Source: Octopus vulgaris (Eukaryota). Taken from it: a stretch of DNA of 64,000 nt. Position numbers and translations under genes: made by a program. Where the stretch lies: contig OX597814.1 in the NCBI GenBank assembly GCA_951406725.2, positions 180,482,001-180,546,000 on the forward strand, read 5' to 3'. Below are positions 43,724-57,751 of the stretch, piece after piece (position 1 is the first letter of the stretch; each line of letters begins with the position of its first letter). The notes under the pieces were generated by a model that did not search any database, was not told the origin of the DNA, and was given only the letters and a program-made list of their open reading frames with translations.

Positions 43724-46700
43724 CAATATTAATTAATGACTAATGCTATTTTCGTTTGTTCGCCAAGTACTAGAGGGGGCACAATTAATTATATACAAAG
43801 GGCGTGTTTCAGCAAAGTATGGCTTTCATTATAGTTAGCGAAATAGTTATAACAGAATCACTATTATGTAAATGTACAAGACTGCACATGGGTTGGCATT
43901 GATAAATTGAATTGTTCAAAAATTTTATAATATACTCAAAGAAATATATTAAAACTGACTTATCTATTGTTTTCTCGTACCAATGTCTTCTTCGATTCAT
44001 TTGATATTATAGATGATAAAACACTGCGAACGACTTGTACTTAATACAATAGATGGTAAAAGAGTGCAAATGAAATAGAAGTACCATAAAGAATACCGAT
44101 TCACATTTTCTATTATATTCATGTTATTGCTGTTATTATTACTATTGACTGAAAATCGGCAAGCTTTGCTGAATCGTGTGCTCTCCAAGCGGAATACTTA
44201 ACGGCAGTTCTCCCGTCTTTACTTACGGAGTTCAAATTCTACCGCGGTCGATTTTGTTTATCATTTTTTGTGGGGTCGATGAAATAAGTACCATCTGACC
44301 AATGGGCTCGTGGTAATCGACTAACACATTTCAGCATATGATATGCTCTAAAGACGTGACCTGCCTACTAGGATAAATGTATGCTTTTAAGCACTGTGCG
44401 TCTACATGAGAGGAGCTTTCAAGGTGATTATTATTGGTATCATATAAAGTGTTTTTAACGGTGGTACATAAGGTAGTTAAGGCTATAAATAATAGCTTGT
44501 AGAATATTGGGTTAAAAACCGTAATATAGCAAACGTTCTGCCATTAGACCAAAGAAACTCCGAATTTTATTCCATCCACTTTAGAAGCTTTGTTCGTGCC
44601 AGCGAGAATATATGTTGTTTACGTCATAAGAATTTAGAAACTTTGGGGGGATATGAAACAAATGGTTTTCAACAGTGTAATGCACAGTGGTGGCAATGGT
44701 GGTTGTAACAATGGCGGTTGAAGCAATGGTTATGGTGACGCCTGCGAACGGTGGTGATGGCGGTTGTAGTGTTAGCTTTGTGTTGGTGCTACAACACGAG
44801 TATTACCAGAGCCTCCTGCATTCCATCACAACTCCCATCTAATCTCTTTTTGTCAGAGGAGTGCGATTGAAGACTATAAAGAGACACAAAGGTAAGCAAC
44901 TTTTATAAAACATGCAAACCTTCGACAAGTCTGGCGATTGGTCGATTTGATTTTGATAGACTCCTCATTATATTCCAAGATCTTCCCAGTGTACTACGAT
45001 ATGCTTGTATGGATTAAAACATCAACTACTGTTACATTGGATATATGTTGACCCATATACCATGGCGTCTACTATACTAGTTTTACGATTGACTATAGAA
45101 TTCCTCTGCTTTCGCTCCACCTTTACCGGCGGCACAAATGCATCGGAGCGATGATACATGTTTTGATGTCTTCTCTGAATGCAAGGCTTTCTTATCACGG
45201 GTTCGTGTATAAATCAGACTGGCGTTTGTGAACGAAACGTGTATGCTCGCACTAGATACGTTGGCGAACCGTTTGTATTTGGTATCACTACCAGCTAGCT
45301 TCGCATGTTACGCTGCTAATGTTGTGAATGGTGGCAGTAGTGGGGTTAACCGTGGTGCGCGTATCTTCCTCTTCTATCTTCGTTTACGGCGTTGAAACTT
45401 TTGTTTTTCTACCTTCGGTTTTGTTGTATTATTATCGTTGTTATTGTCACTGTTGCTGAACGCGTTACTGCTGGTGTTATTTGCATTCGTTGTCGCCATA
45501 GTTGATGTTGATGTTGTTAATAACGCTCTTCAAACGTCAAGTTTGTTGACATTTTTTAACAAAAATATTTCTCCTCTGTCTGCAGACGACAGAAAAATGT
45601 AGTTGTCATTACCCTAATTAGAAGAGACATTAAAAGTTTTAAAACCTCTTTTCTCCTGAGAATGTCTTAATTACAAAGTAAAGAATTTCAGCATCGATAC
45701 GATCAGAGTAGCTTGGAAACGAAAACAGCAACAAAAGCAACAGCAGTAATAATATCTTTCCTTTGTAACCAAAACCCTAAAAGTTACAAAAGATTAGTAT
45801 GAACTTTAAATAGAGTACATAGAAAAACGGCTGGTAGGACAAAGAAAAAGCTATATAAAGACGAGGAGAGGATGTTATACCTTTAAAATGAAGAACCATA
45901 GTATATGTGTGTGTGTGAATGAGTGAGTGAGTGTGTGTGTGTGTATGTGCGTGTGTCTGTTCTGTGTGTGTGTCTTTGTATATGTGTTTGTCATCCACCG
46001 CAACCTGACATCTAGTGTTGGTTTATTTATGTCCCCATAACCTAGCGATTCAGCAGAAGGGGCCAATACAATAAGTGCCAGGCTTAAGGAATAAAAGAAC
46101 TGGACTCAATTCGTTCGACAAAAAAATTCATCAAGGCTGCAGTTTATTGATTTGAAACAAGTAAAAAGATAAAAGATAAATACCCATAAATAAATGAAAA
46201 TTATAAAATACACAAAATGAAAAACAAGATATAATTAAGCGGAAAATACAACATGCAAAACATTTGGGGCTTTCCATCATACACGTGTTAATGCTTCTTG
46301 TGTTGACAGGAGTAGATACCAACCGACATCTTCTATTTCAGTTCCGAGAAATATTTTTCTATTATTTGTACTTCACCAACATTTCTCTTTATCACAAGAC
46401 GAAGTAGTTCTACTGGTTGTTAACGCTAGGAATCGGGGTATGTTCTTCGCTTCTTCGTAGGACTGTGCACGATGTGATCTTCTCCGCCATTTCTGGAATT
46501 GTGACTGATCGTACTCTCGAAACTGAGGTTGTTGCCCTTATTGCTACCTCACCCGATCAGTACAAACTTGTCTCGTTTACTTTCGTAGTTTTTCTAGCAC
46601 TTCAAGGTATAAGTCCGTTCAGTAAATCTTACAACCGCCTGTGTAGTAACTAGGTATCTTATTTTGTACCATAAATTTTATGCCTTTTGTCTCTGCATTC

Positions 46701-48044
46701 TTAGCTGAGTACATTTCTTTAACCTTCTGATCGTCAGGAACAATTAGGATTAATAAATCCAATTTGAACACCCTTTTACCACATGTCACCTTTGATCGGC
46801 CTTGCTTTAACGTCCTACCCATGCTGCGATACAAACTTAAGCCACCTACATTTCCAATGTCGTTTCTTGTCACCCCTCTGCTTAAATACAAATAGGCAAT
46901 GTGTGTGAGGAGACACGCGTGCATGTGCGTCTATATAGATGTTATTGTACTATTTTATTACAGTATTTAATTACACCTTTTTATGTTCGAGTTCCAATGT
47001 ATTGTAGGGATCGACTTAACCAAATGCATTTCTTCAGCACTGGGATAATGCACTACACTTTATTTATTCAAATATACCTTTTCTCTACAAACAAAATGTT
47101 GCCTTCTACCTACTCAGTTCGAAATGCAATCATATTGCGCAATACAAAATGTCTGCCAGTAAAGATAAACTGAATCTATCTTATTCTGTACGACAAACAC
47201 TGGTGGAAGTGCCACAGCAACATATAATTGTTACTGCACTTTCCTGGAAGCGTCTTCTTACAAGAAGATATACGCTGAAATATCTCCTCTATTTCTGTTG
47301 TTGTAATTACAAAGTTTTGACACCGACTGACTAAGACATATTACAGCTTTCAGTTTATCGACCAAATTATTTTCTCGTTTTTAGAGCTTCGCTTTTGTCA
47401 AAGAGATCCTGGAAAATGAGGAAAACTGTCAGAGTCAGAGCTTTTAATCTATCAAATCTATAGAAGCATTTTGTATCCAGTTTTTTTGAAACTGATTTAT
47501 TTATTTTCATGTTTGTTTGTTTATATATTTATTCCTTTTTACTGTCTTTGCTTTTGTTTGTTTTCTCTACTTCATATCCTCTTTTCACTGAAAATATTAG
47601 CTACATTGAAAACTAATGTTTTAAGTATGACATTGATTGCAGCAAGAATTTGTTAACATCGCATTTATGTGTGTTGATGTAAGTGTAGGTGTGGTGTGTA
47701 GGTGTGGTGTGTAGGTTTTCTATGTGGATGGGTGTTATATGTGCTTATGTGTGTATGTGTGTCTATATATATATGCGTATACATACATATACACACACAT
47801 ATATGTAGATGTATGCTTATGAATCTATCTATCTATCTATCTATCTATCTGGAATTATCAAAACCAGCTATTTGAGTTTTCTTACCAATGTGTAAATATG
47901 GCTTTTCGAAATATTAGCAGAAAAATCAACCGGAAGCTGTTTCACTCAAATCTATGCATGTAGATTCGCCATGCTGGACCGCTGAAATCTACAAGCTTTT
48001 TTTTTTTTTTTTTTCATAAACTCTCTTTATTTTCTCTTATTCCT

Positions 48045-48080
48045 TTTTTGTTGAAGAGCGCAGGCTCGAAACGTAAAATA
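48045..48080 (+). ncRNA. Degenerate minimal hammerhead-like motif (PLE-type)
   Basis: TTT-TTGTTGA-A-GAGC-GCAG-GCTC-GAAA-CG-TA-AAA. Stem II and palindromic ACGT stem III are intact, but the core deviates from CUGANGA. Confidence 0.4.
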
Positions 48081-48190
48081 CTTTTTCATTTTCCCGAGTC
48101 TCAAACTAATACACGTGCTTGTTGTTCATACACCTACCTTCGTCTCTTGTTTTTCTATAAATTTCCAATATATGTAAAGCAAGAGACAAG

Positions 48191-48349
48191 ATGGAGGTAG
48201 AATTAATAAAAGTTTATTAATAGATTGACAAGACCAAGCCTACAATTGTTTCAGTTCATCATTTCCAGCATGTATTCAGGTATATATATATATGTCTGTT
48301 TGTATTCCACCTGCCTTCGTCTTTTGTTTATTTTCATAAAGCTTCCCGT

Positions 48350-48381
<32 letters not shown>

Positions 48382-49465
48382 CACATATATGTTTGGGTGG
48401 GCATATACATAACTATTTGTTCAACCAATTTTGAATAGATTAAATAACTTAATTTATGATCCGTATAACTTTTCTCAATTTGTGTTTCTTCATCTATGTT
48501 CAGTATATGTGTAAGTATGTGTCTGTGCATATGTATATTTATGTGTATGTACAAGTATGCATATATGTGTCCGTATCCGTACGTATGTGCATATTTATAT
48601 ATACGAATATAAGTGAGTGTGTACATGTATTTGCAGGATAATTAGTATAGATTTGTATAGTTAACAATTAAATGGTACATATAATAATAGTTTCATTCAT
48701 TATCTTCTTTCTTATTTTTATTTATTCTAAACATCGCTTAATAATTTACCAAATATTTTTGTTGTGTTTGCCTCTATTCCTCTGCGTCTAGCTTTTTTCT
48801 TCTTCTACCTCAATCTGTCTATGTAAGCTCATTTAAGCATAATTTCTTCAATTTTCTATTTTCCCTTAGCATCATAGTATCACTTTAAATCGTTATATGT
48901 TCCCCCTTTATCTTCCTGTTAATTGATAATTTTAATTACTTTAATTAATTTAGGAAACTAACCATACTTAGCCTTATATCTGTTTATGTGTGTGTGTGTG
49001 TGTGTGTATGTGTGTGTATGTGTGTGTATGTGTGTGTATGAGTGTGTGCGTATATGTATAAGTGCATGTGTGTATATATGGAATACCTAATTATTTCTCT
49101 TCTGTACTCCCATAACTTAATAACCAGTCTATTGTTATTTTTATATATCACCATTATTCGTATTTTTTCATAGGTATGTCTACATTATCATTATCATTAT
49201 TTGTATTAATTTATGACTATAACTATTCTTTTGTAACTGTATTTATTTTTATAACTGTATATATTTTTAACTTTGATGGTGCACTCTATTTTTCCTGTTT
49301 AATGTTTTCATTATGTTTTAAATGTGTTAAATTTCTTTGTACAAGATAGTCTCGCTTGTAGTAATTAACTAAATTGATTTAGTTAAATTAAAAATGAAAA
49401 ACTGAAACAATTGTAGATCTGGTCTTGTCAATGTATTAATAAACTTTTATTAATCCTATCTCCAT
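48191..49465. repeat. Inverted ~74-bp arms (48191-48264 / 49392-49465)
   Basis: TTAATAAAAGTTTATTAATAGATTGACAAGACCA..TACAATTGTTTCAGTT is mirrored 1.1 kb away. The arm contains ACT-GAAA-CAATTG-TA, a hammerhead 3' half. Confidence 0.7.
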
Positions 49466-49699
49466 TTTCTCGTTTTTTATAATATTAATAATAATATATA
49501 TCTACCTATATTGTTAGGTATTCAACCAGTCTAATCTTGGATAATTTTAGCTCTTCGAGGTTTATATCCTCACTTGTACTTTGAAGTATATATATATTTG
49601 CCTAAATACTATAACTGTTTCCAAAAGTAATTTCCCAAATAGACATTTTTAAAAAATCTTTCTCTAAATATTATAACTGTATCAAGTAATTTAACTATA

Positions 49700-50473
49700 A
49701 CACTTGCTTCGTAACGTTCGGAACCGAAATACGTATTGAACTCATTCCCTCATACAATATTACCTCTCATAACTCACTATCATAAAAATGTTGGAAGCCT
49801 ATTAATTTTTCAGATATCAATAAAACTTGTCGGACCTATTTTCATGCCGTCGGCCGTCGGAGCTATCGAAACTTAGTGCACTCCGACTGCATGAAAATAG
49901 AATCGACCAATTTTATTATTACCTTAATAAATAATAAAACTACTAAATTTCAAACTTCTTTATGGTCAAATACGTTTAGTGAAATTTCAAACCATAAAAA
50001 TCGCACTTTAAAATAGTGTTTAGTGACAGTAGTGTAATTTTCCTTCAAACTACAAACAGGAGTTTAGATACGTAGCAGCAACTACAAATAATTGTCTGTA
50101 CGAAAAGGAAAACCCTACATACATCAAACTGTCTTTAAATTAAGTGGCGGCAGAAGAATTATCGATGAACTTTTAAAAGGTAAGTTTATTTTTGCCTACG
50201 GCCAGGTATATGTTGCTTGTTCAAGGGTAGGGAATGGAAACAAACTATTTGTACTGAGCCCGAATGGTAAGACAAGAAATGTTTATCATACAGCTTTGCT
50301 ATAAGTTCCAAGTCGACAAATTATATCATTGCTTTGATGAAAATTGTTCATTGCTTGAAAAATATTGTTCAAGTTTAATAAAGTTTAAAAGTGTCATTGC
50401 TGGGCCCAAGGCCCAATGAAGAGCCCTCCACATGAGCTAGCTTATACAGTCGCCTTCTGGGGCGGCTAATAAG

Positions 50474-50478
<5 letters not shown>
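49700..50478 (+). mobile_element. Helitron remnant
   Basis: Helicase C-terminus FAYGQVYVACSRVG..LFVLSPNGKTRNVY; 3' hairpin AGTCGCC-TTCTGG-GGCGGCT then GCTAA(T); internal inverted repeat at ~49820-49918. Confidence 0.75.
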
Positions 50479-50535
<57 letters not shown>

Positions 50536-50568
50536 TAACGACCATGAGTTCATTGAGGTTATCCAGAG

Positions 50569-52850
50569 CAGTGGTTATCAAACTCAAACTTTTGTCCCGC
50601 ATATACGATTTTTCACTAAAACAATTACAACATTTTGCAAATAAACCTTGCTACCTTAATTTTAATAAGACGTTTAATGAATAAATAATTAAAATTCAAA
50701 GGTAAAATTTACTTGTATAAAGAGACACTAAAATAAAATTTTAAAACATGTTTTCATTTGTAAATAAAATGTAATAGGTATGAAATAGATAATACTAAAT
50801 ATATATTAATGTAAAGAAAGTTATATCATTTGGGATTCTGGTCTCCTCTAAAACTTTGATTTATTATTGGTTTCAAATTTTGGCACAAGGCCAGCAATTT
50901 CGGGGGAGTGGGTAAGTTCGTCACATCGACTTCAGTCTTCAACTGGCACTTATTTTATCGACCCCGAAAGGATAAAAGGTAATGTCGACCTCGGTGGAAT
51001 TTAAACTAAAAAGCTAACTATGGACGATATGCATTTCGCCCGGAGTACGTACGATTCTGCCGGTCCGCCACCTTACTTTGATTTAATATTGCTTTTTCAA
51101 TCGGTATGAGTGAAACAGCTTCCAGTTTATATTTCTGGTAATATTTCGAAAAGCCATTTTTACACACTGGTAAGAAAACTCAAGTAGCCAGTTTTGATAA
51201 TTCTAGATATTCGTCAAATATATGGCACCAGAAAATTGCTACCGGAACTTTTTAATTTTTTACTGAGGATATGAATAAACTTACATCGAATTTTTATAAC
51301 CCACTACCAGAAATTCTGATAGTTCTCCTTTGAATTTGAATGGATTTTCTTTTTATCCAATAGTTATCTTGGTTCTTCAGATTTGTTAAATATTCAGTTA
51401 GTGATTCTAAGAGGGGATTTGTAATATCATAGCGGATTTTAAAATCTAAATCCAGTTCAGATTCTTGCCGGAAGTCGCTAAGAATTTGAAATTTGTCAAA
51501 GTATTTTATTTCGCAGCTGAGACCCAGTATTGCAATTTACGTGATAACGTTAATATCTTATCTTTGGACTCAAAAGCAGTTACTTCTTCCCTTGCAAAGA
51601 TAAATCGGATTCATTCCATTTTATAAAAATATTGGCTAAATATGCTATTGATAGCCCAAATTGTATTTGTTAGTCTCTTTAGATAATCGAAATTTATGAT
51701 CGATAAATTTTGCCAACAGTTCTTTCCGCAATTCAGACATTCTCACATGAATACCATTTCATGATAAACATATAGCTTCTGTATGTAAAAGCAAAGTTTT
51801 GTGAAAACTATCCATATCTTCATTGAAGGCTTAAATAAAATCGCTAATGCAATGACTGAGAAATAATAAAATTGATAATCAGCAGTTTCGTCTGAAACTG
51901 ATTATATTGTAACCATTTTTTTTTACTATTCCTATCTGTAAAGATTAAAATGATTACTGCTACTTTTTTTTTTTTTTTGGTAATACTCTCTTATAATGTT
52001 ACAGCGCTAATCATTTTTCCTGTCATTACATTTGTTTTACTGCTGCATACAACAATATATTTATCTCGATGTATCTTGTATGTTTCATAAAATTATCCAT
52101 GCAATTACCTATGTTATTTCCCGTGATGTGTATTTACAAACTTCACATGCAAGTAAATTTTCAAAATTTTTGTCTTAACGTCTTATCGAACAAAAAGAAA
52201 TAAAATTGTAGCATCTTCTATGTAATTCGTAAGTTTTGCGTACATAATCATGAGATAAATTCCAGATTAATATCATCAGCAGTACCATAAACAAGCCTTG
52301 TTACTGAAGTGTCGGTAAGAGACATAGATTCGATTCTTTAAGAGAAATTGCAACAAGTATACGCGAGACGTTATCTTTTATATAAAGTTTAATAAGCGAT
52401 TCACCAATAAGCGTTTCGCTAGCAAGAACAATGTGGCAATATGCTTCATATTTGTCATATTTTCGTTATTTTTTTAAAATTTTGTAAATATGAAGCATTT
52501 GGAATTATGATTTACACGTTTTCTTTAAAAAGGAAAGAAATTTGGAAGTTGTTTCTAAATACCACTGTAACTGTAATTTTCAGATGCTACAGAACTCTTT
52601 GCTAATATTTTCTTACGCCAAGAGTTCCTTTATAACCAATATTAAAAAAAAAACAATGACAAGTAATTAGTATCATATTTAGGATTTTCCATAAATATCT
52701 GCACAGAATCGGAAAACACTGGGGTTCTTTTCTGAAATTTCTCTGTCTTCTATACATGTTGCGTTTCCTCTAGTTTCTCATTATGAGTAACTCCAGTTTT
52801 CTTTAACGAGCCATATTTTAACTATCAATCAATTTGTAGAAACTTGAATA
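50569..52850 (-). mobile_element. Degenerate hAT (Charlie/Buster-like) transposase remnant, interrupted by a SINE at ~50868-51074
   Basis: Minus strand HKTLLLHTEAICLS (compare LLxHTEVRWLS) and EEVTAF. Terminal CAGTGGTTATCAAAC follows ATCCAGAG. The right boundary is uncertain. Confidence 0.6.
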
Positions 52851-53580
52851 CCTATTAAGAAAAGTCTGTATTAAAATGCATTTAAAAAATGATTTAGCTA
52901 AGTTACAAAGATATAAGGTGCAACCCAAAACAAAACGATGCCAATACAATCATTTCATAGTGAACTGATGAAGTCAGTGCCCTGTCGAAGCACATGCCTG
53001 CGACTGAAGACAACACTTTATGATCTCCGGTTTGCTGTACGTACTTTATTACCACCAGCCCCGCACAGTTAGAAATCATATCCGTTGTGGTACGTACATT
53101 TAACTGAAGACAACACTAGACATCGCCTAACTTATGATGAAGAAAATGAATCCTATTTTTTTAATACAATAAATTTTAGCTATTAAAAAATACATTAACT
53201 AGTGGTACCCACGCTAGGATAGAGGCACATCCTAGCGTTCGAATCTCAGACCGGGTGATGTGTGTGTTTATGAGCAAAACACCTAAGTTCCACGCGGTTC
53301 CGGCAGAAGGTAGTGGCGAACTTCTGCTGACTCTTTCGCCCCAACTTTCTCTCACTCTTGAATCTTCCAGCTCACCTGTGACCGACCGGCGTCCCGTCCA
53401 GGTAGGGAACCTATACGCCAATGAAACCAGGAAGCCGGCTCTATAAGCCAGGCATGGCTTGAGAAGGAACAAACAACCCACGCTAGGAAATACTAAAACA
53501 ATACAAAAACAATAACCGAAGGAGTCTCTCTGACCTCCAAGAGCGAACCAAGGCCAGATGTCCAACCCCTACATCTAGAC

Positions 53581-53839
53581 CAGTAGTTCTCAAATAGGGT
53601 CTATATGACTCTTGTGGGTCCACATAAGATTTTATTTTTAACATTTATGTGCAATAAATTGGTTATAACTTCTTTAATGTACAAAATATTTTAATAATCT
53701 TTCTTGTACAATTCTTAATAATATTTAATTATAAACATATAATAAGATTTTTTAAATATTCAATGGCTATGAGGGTCCAGCCGAGCAAAATCTGAACCAA
53801 AGGGGGTCCACCAGTAAAAGAAATGGTAGAGAATCGCTG
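53581..53839. mobile_element. hAT/Charlie-type MITE
   Basis: TIRs CAGTAGTTCTC / GAGAATCGCTG with a perfect 8-bp TSD ATCTAGAC (53573-53580, 53840-53847). Confidence 0.9.
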
Positions 53840-54963
53840 ATCTAGACCAATGCAGTAAAAGTAAACCTTGAAAATTAGCAACGAGAGCAACCAGTATTTG
53901 ATGATGCAATTTAGCTATTTTCTTCGGTTATAATCGATGGATTCAAAACAAAGCTCGGTGAGATAGAAGCAACTACAAAGGAACATAACTTCAGTATTGA
54001 CCATACCAAAAATGGTGGTGGAATCGATTGGATTGCATAGATACAAAATAACTTACAGGAGCAGCAACTGAGCATCCGCGTAGTTGGTTGACCTACAAAT
54101 TTCCCTCACATCATTCCAGTAAAGTTTTTAAAAATCATATTAGATAAACAGTCCCGAATGCATGATTTATTGAGTGAAAGAAGTCGACATCGTCAAGGCT
54201 AGTATGCCTTTGATTACAGGTTTGTGCATTCAGAAGCAATCAACGGCTAAATTAGAACATGAGAAAATGTATTGCACTTCCAAAAATATTGGAACAGCCC
54301 TTGAATTTTTTGAATTGCATTAAGCATATCATTAAAGAAAATATGATGAAAGACATTTTCATTAGCTCGTAAAACGTTGATTAAAATAGCGACAATTTTC
54401 AATGATTAAATGTTTTATGTTATACTTAAAGTGATATCATTTAATTTGCTCAGCGATTAGAGAATTCCATCATGATAACAAGCCGGATTTACAAACATGA
54501 AACGAACCATCGTGGCAGAAGGTTCTACTCCGCTGCTTTACTTGTTGGAAATAGTAGAGAATTCTTCCTTAAATTACATCTCATCATTTTCAAAAAGAAG
54601 GCTACAATAGATAATGTGGTTTTGGTATTGTATGTAAAATGCGAAAGAAAAAATGGATGCTTAGTTTGTGCAGCTATAATTAACACTGAGGCCAGACGGC
54701 AGTGTTTTTACTAGGGCGAAGCCAGTAAAAAAATATATATATACACACCTTCTCAATTAGATGTATGTATGTATGTATGTATGTATGTATGTATGTATGT
54801 ATGTATGTATGTATGTATGTATGTATGTTTGTATGTATGTATGTATGTATGTATGTATGATTGTCTCTTCTGTATTTAATAATTTAAATTTTTGCTCTGA
54901 AGAAGCTGGTTTCTAACAATGATACAAAGCTCCATCTTTGGAATGTAAATAACAAAAATCATG

Positions 54964-55265
54964 TCACATTTTAAAACTGAGAAAAATCTTGCATAGTTTT
55001 ATTGTTCTGCTTACAGATTGTATTTGCAATGTGCGAATCAGTTGGTTGATTTCTTTTTCTGAAAATAAAAGCTTATCCAGACTGACAGTTAGGCATTTAC
55101 TTACAAAACCAAGTGTTCCATTTATTATTGGTATAAACGTAAATTTGTAACCCGAATAAAGAAGATGGAGATTTCGAAGTAATTGTCCACAATCATCTTT
55201 CTCTTTGATTTTCAAAGAGATATTCACATCAGCAGGACAGCTGACTTCTATGACAGTACGTATTT
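54964..55265 (-). mobile_element. RLE-type non-LTR retrotransposon C-terminal fragment
   Basis: VIEVSCPADVNISLKIKEK..FIPIINGTLG..FL; flanked by (ATGT)n. Confidence 0.65.
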
Positions 55266-56320
55266 CTCTTCTATGTATGTATGTATGTATGTATGTATGT
55301 ATGTATGTATGTATGTATGCATGTATGTATGACTACTGACTAATAATTCAGGATGCTTCCACGTTATAAATACATATCTCGCTAACAAACCTTCACGGTA
55401 CATCTTAGTCACTTCCCTAGAAACATATTATGCAGCAGTAAGTACTATCCCAATATTTCAACATAATAACTTGAAAATGGTTCTTTGTCGTACAACTCAC
55501 CCTATATTCTTAACGTTGCCCGACAAGTTTGTCTAACTACTCTTCCGTTGTCAAATCCATTCGACGAACGCTTTAAGTTCAGTCATTTGACCATGTTCTT
55601 ATGCTGCTCAGAAAATTACTATCTTCTAAAATATTCGATAATAACACTGCGCTTATTCCACTTGAACTTAATCCATTCAGTCTAGGTCAAATATGGAATT
55701 TGAACATTGTACTCCGTTCACTTTACATCCTTCCTCCTGACAAAACCACAAACTGATGAATTGGCAGTGGCGATACTTATACATGAAATTAATTATACAG
55801 TGTAAAGTATCCAATCGATTTAGCAACTAGAAACAACACTTCACATTTCTTTCCAACTGCATCAACGAAAATCAATCTCTAACTACACACATCTCTCAAA
55901 ATATGTTTTACTCTTGAATATTTCATTTTTGCCCTAGTTCATCTCGAAGTGGCCCGAATAAATAATCCTTTGAAGATTTTAGATTTCGGAGATTTGAATC
56001 TGCAACCCTCTGCTCCAGGAATTTTAGGTTTCCAGCGTAAAGAAAGAAGCTTTCAGGGATTTGAATCGGCAACCCCTATCGATTCTCTCTTAAACTCGAT
56101 ACTTTTTATTTTTACCACGACCAATACTGAGAATATCATATGTGCTATTTGTCTCTCTCCTTATGTACAAAATTAAGATATCGAAGTTTTTTCCTTGAAG
56201 TCGAGAAGATATTTTTTTAATATAAAGTTTAATGTAATAACAAGATGAGAGAGAACAAATGCCCAAACTCCGAGATAATACATGAGTGTACTGTGGATTA
56301 AATTTTGCTAATAGTAAATA

Positions 56321-56959
56321 TGAGGGGAAGTTCAAAATTATCCACACTTTCGCCACATCATATCTTTATTATTATCACACTGCCTTCTGCGCATGCACGC
56401 TTATAGTTGGTACTATTGTGGTCACGTGACCGAACTTTAAGCCTGATTGCGTCATTTTTCTTTCTGGCTTTACACTAGCAATGTGCACTAAAGATTAACA
56501 AAGAGCAATGATCCGAGAGATGGTAATGGTGAACCGGTTCACCAGTATCATCTCCTGAATCTTCTCGTCATTGGTGGAGGTTGACGAGCGTCCTGCTCTC
56601 TCTTCGTGCGTCATGCTTGTCGGACCACTTTTAAAGCTCTCGATCCACTCATACACACTTCTAAGCGACAGTGCACTGTTTCCGTATTGTTCTAAAAGCC
56701 TCTGATGAATTTCAGCACCTGACACACCTTTCGATCAGAGAAATCGGATCACTACTCTTTGTTCTTCTTTGGTGAGCATTACTAGTGGAGAGGCTATGCT
56801 TACACTGTAAAGACAGAAAGGAAAATGGGGTGATCAGGTTTAAATTTCAATTACGTGACCACAATAATACCAACTATAAGCACGCATGCGTAGAAGGCAG
56901 TGTAACAATAATAAAGATATGTTATAGTGAGAGTGCAGATAACTTTTCACTTCCCCTCA
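56321..56959. mobile_element. Fold-back mariner derivative made of two opposed 5' ends
   Basis: TA-TGAGGGGAAGT...ACTTCCCCTCA-TA with ~150-bp diverged inverted arms. The minus strand encodes a mariner HTH N-terminus (EEQRVVIRFL..GAEIHQRLLEQYG..VYEWIESFKSG..EERAGRSSTS). Confidence 0.85.
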
Positions 56960-57375
56960 TATTTTCCTGTTGACTAACATGACGAAAATGGTGTCAAATA
57001 TTTTGACTAAAGACAGAACAAAACACGAATTCATGAAATTCGTATATCAATCATTCATGTTTCCGAGTATACATCTCAGCACTTAATCTTTTCAACCATG
57101 TTGCATGCGGCAGCTAAGGATGTTTCAAATATTGCTTCAGAAAAAGAAATATCATTGAAAAATAGCTTATCTGCATGTGTGTTTGCTCACTGAAATTTTA
57201 TAACCCATCTATATAGATGGGTGCTAGAATTACTCTGAGGCTAACGGCTTAGTTACATTTCAATATAGTTCAGCGTTCGAAACCATTGCCCAGTACCTTG
57301 GGCAAATGTCTCATACAATAGTTTCGGCTACTTTTGTGAATGGAACTAGGAAGACAGAAAGTGTTCTGAATCTCA

Positions 57376-57408
<33 letters not shown>

Positions 57409-57565
57409 ATAAATACATTTATTTTTATTTTATTTTTTATTTTATCTAGTTTCAGCTCACGAGCTGTGGCCATGCTGGGGCACCGCCATTTACATATAAA
57501 TATTCATACATAAATATTCACCACATACATATAAATATTCATACTCACACACACACACATATTAA

Positions 57566-57694
57566 TCAATGGAATTCTAACCTAGTCCGATTTTCACGTT
57601 TTATTATTTACAATTTTATATTATAATAGTAGAATATTATATATTTATTGTGATAAACTAGTACTTTCATGCGTTACGCAATCATCAGGTTTAT

Positions 57695-57751
<57 letters not shown>

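Noticed and set aside
44857-44891. 35-bp plus-strand micro-exon (CAG|..|GTAAGC)
   Set aside because: Too short to distinguish from chance, with no partner exons.
52964-53015. CTGATGA..GAAG hammerhead candidate
   Set aside because: GAAA is missing and no convincing stems I/III or UH site can be formed.
54897-54960. CTGAAGA core downstream of the RLE fragment
   Set aside because: No paired stem II followed by GAAA.
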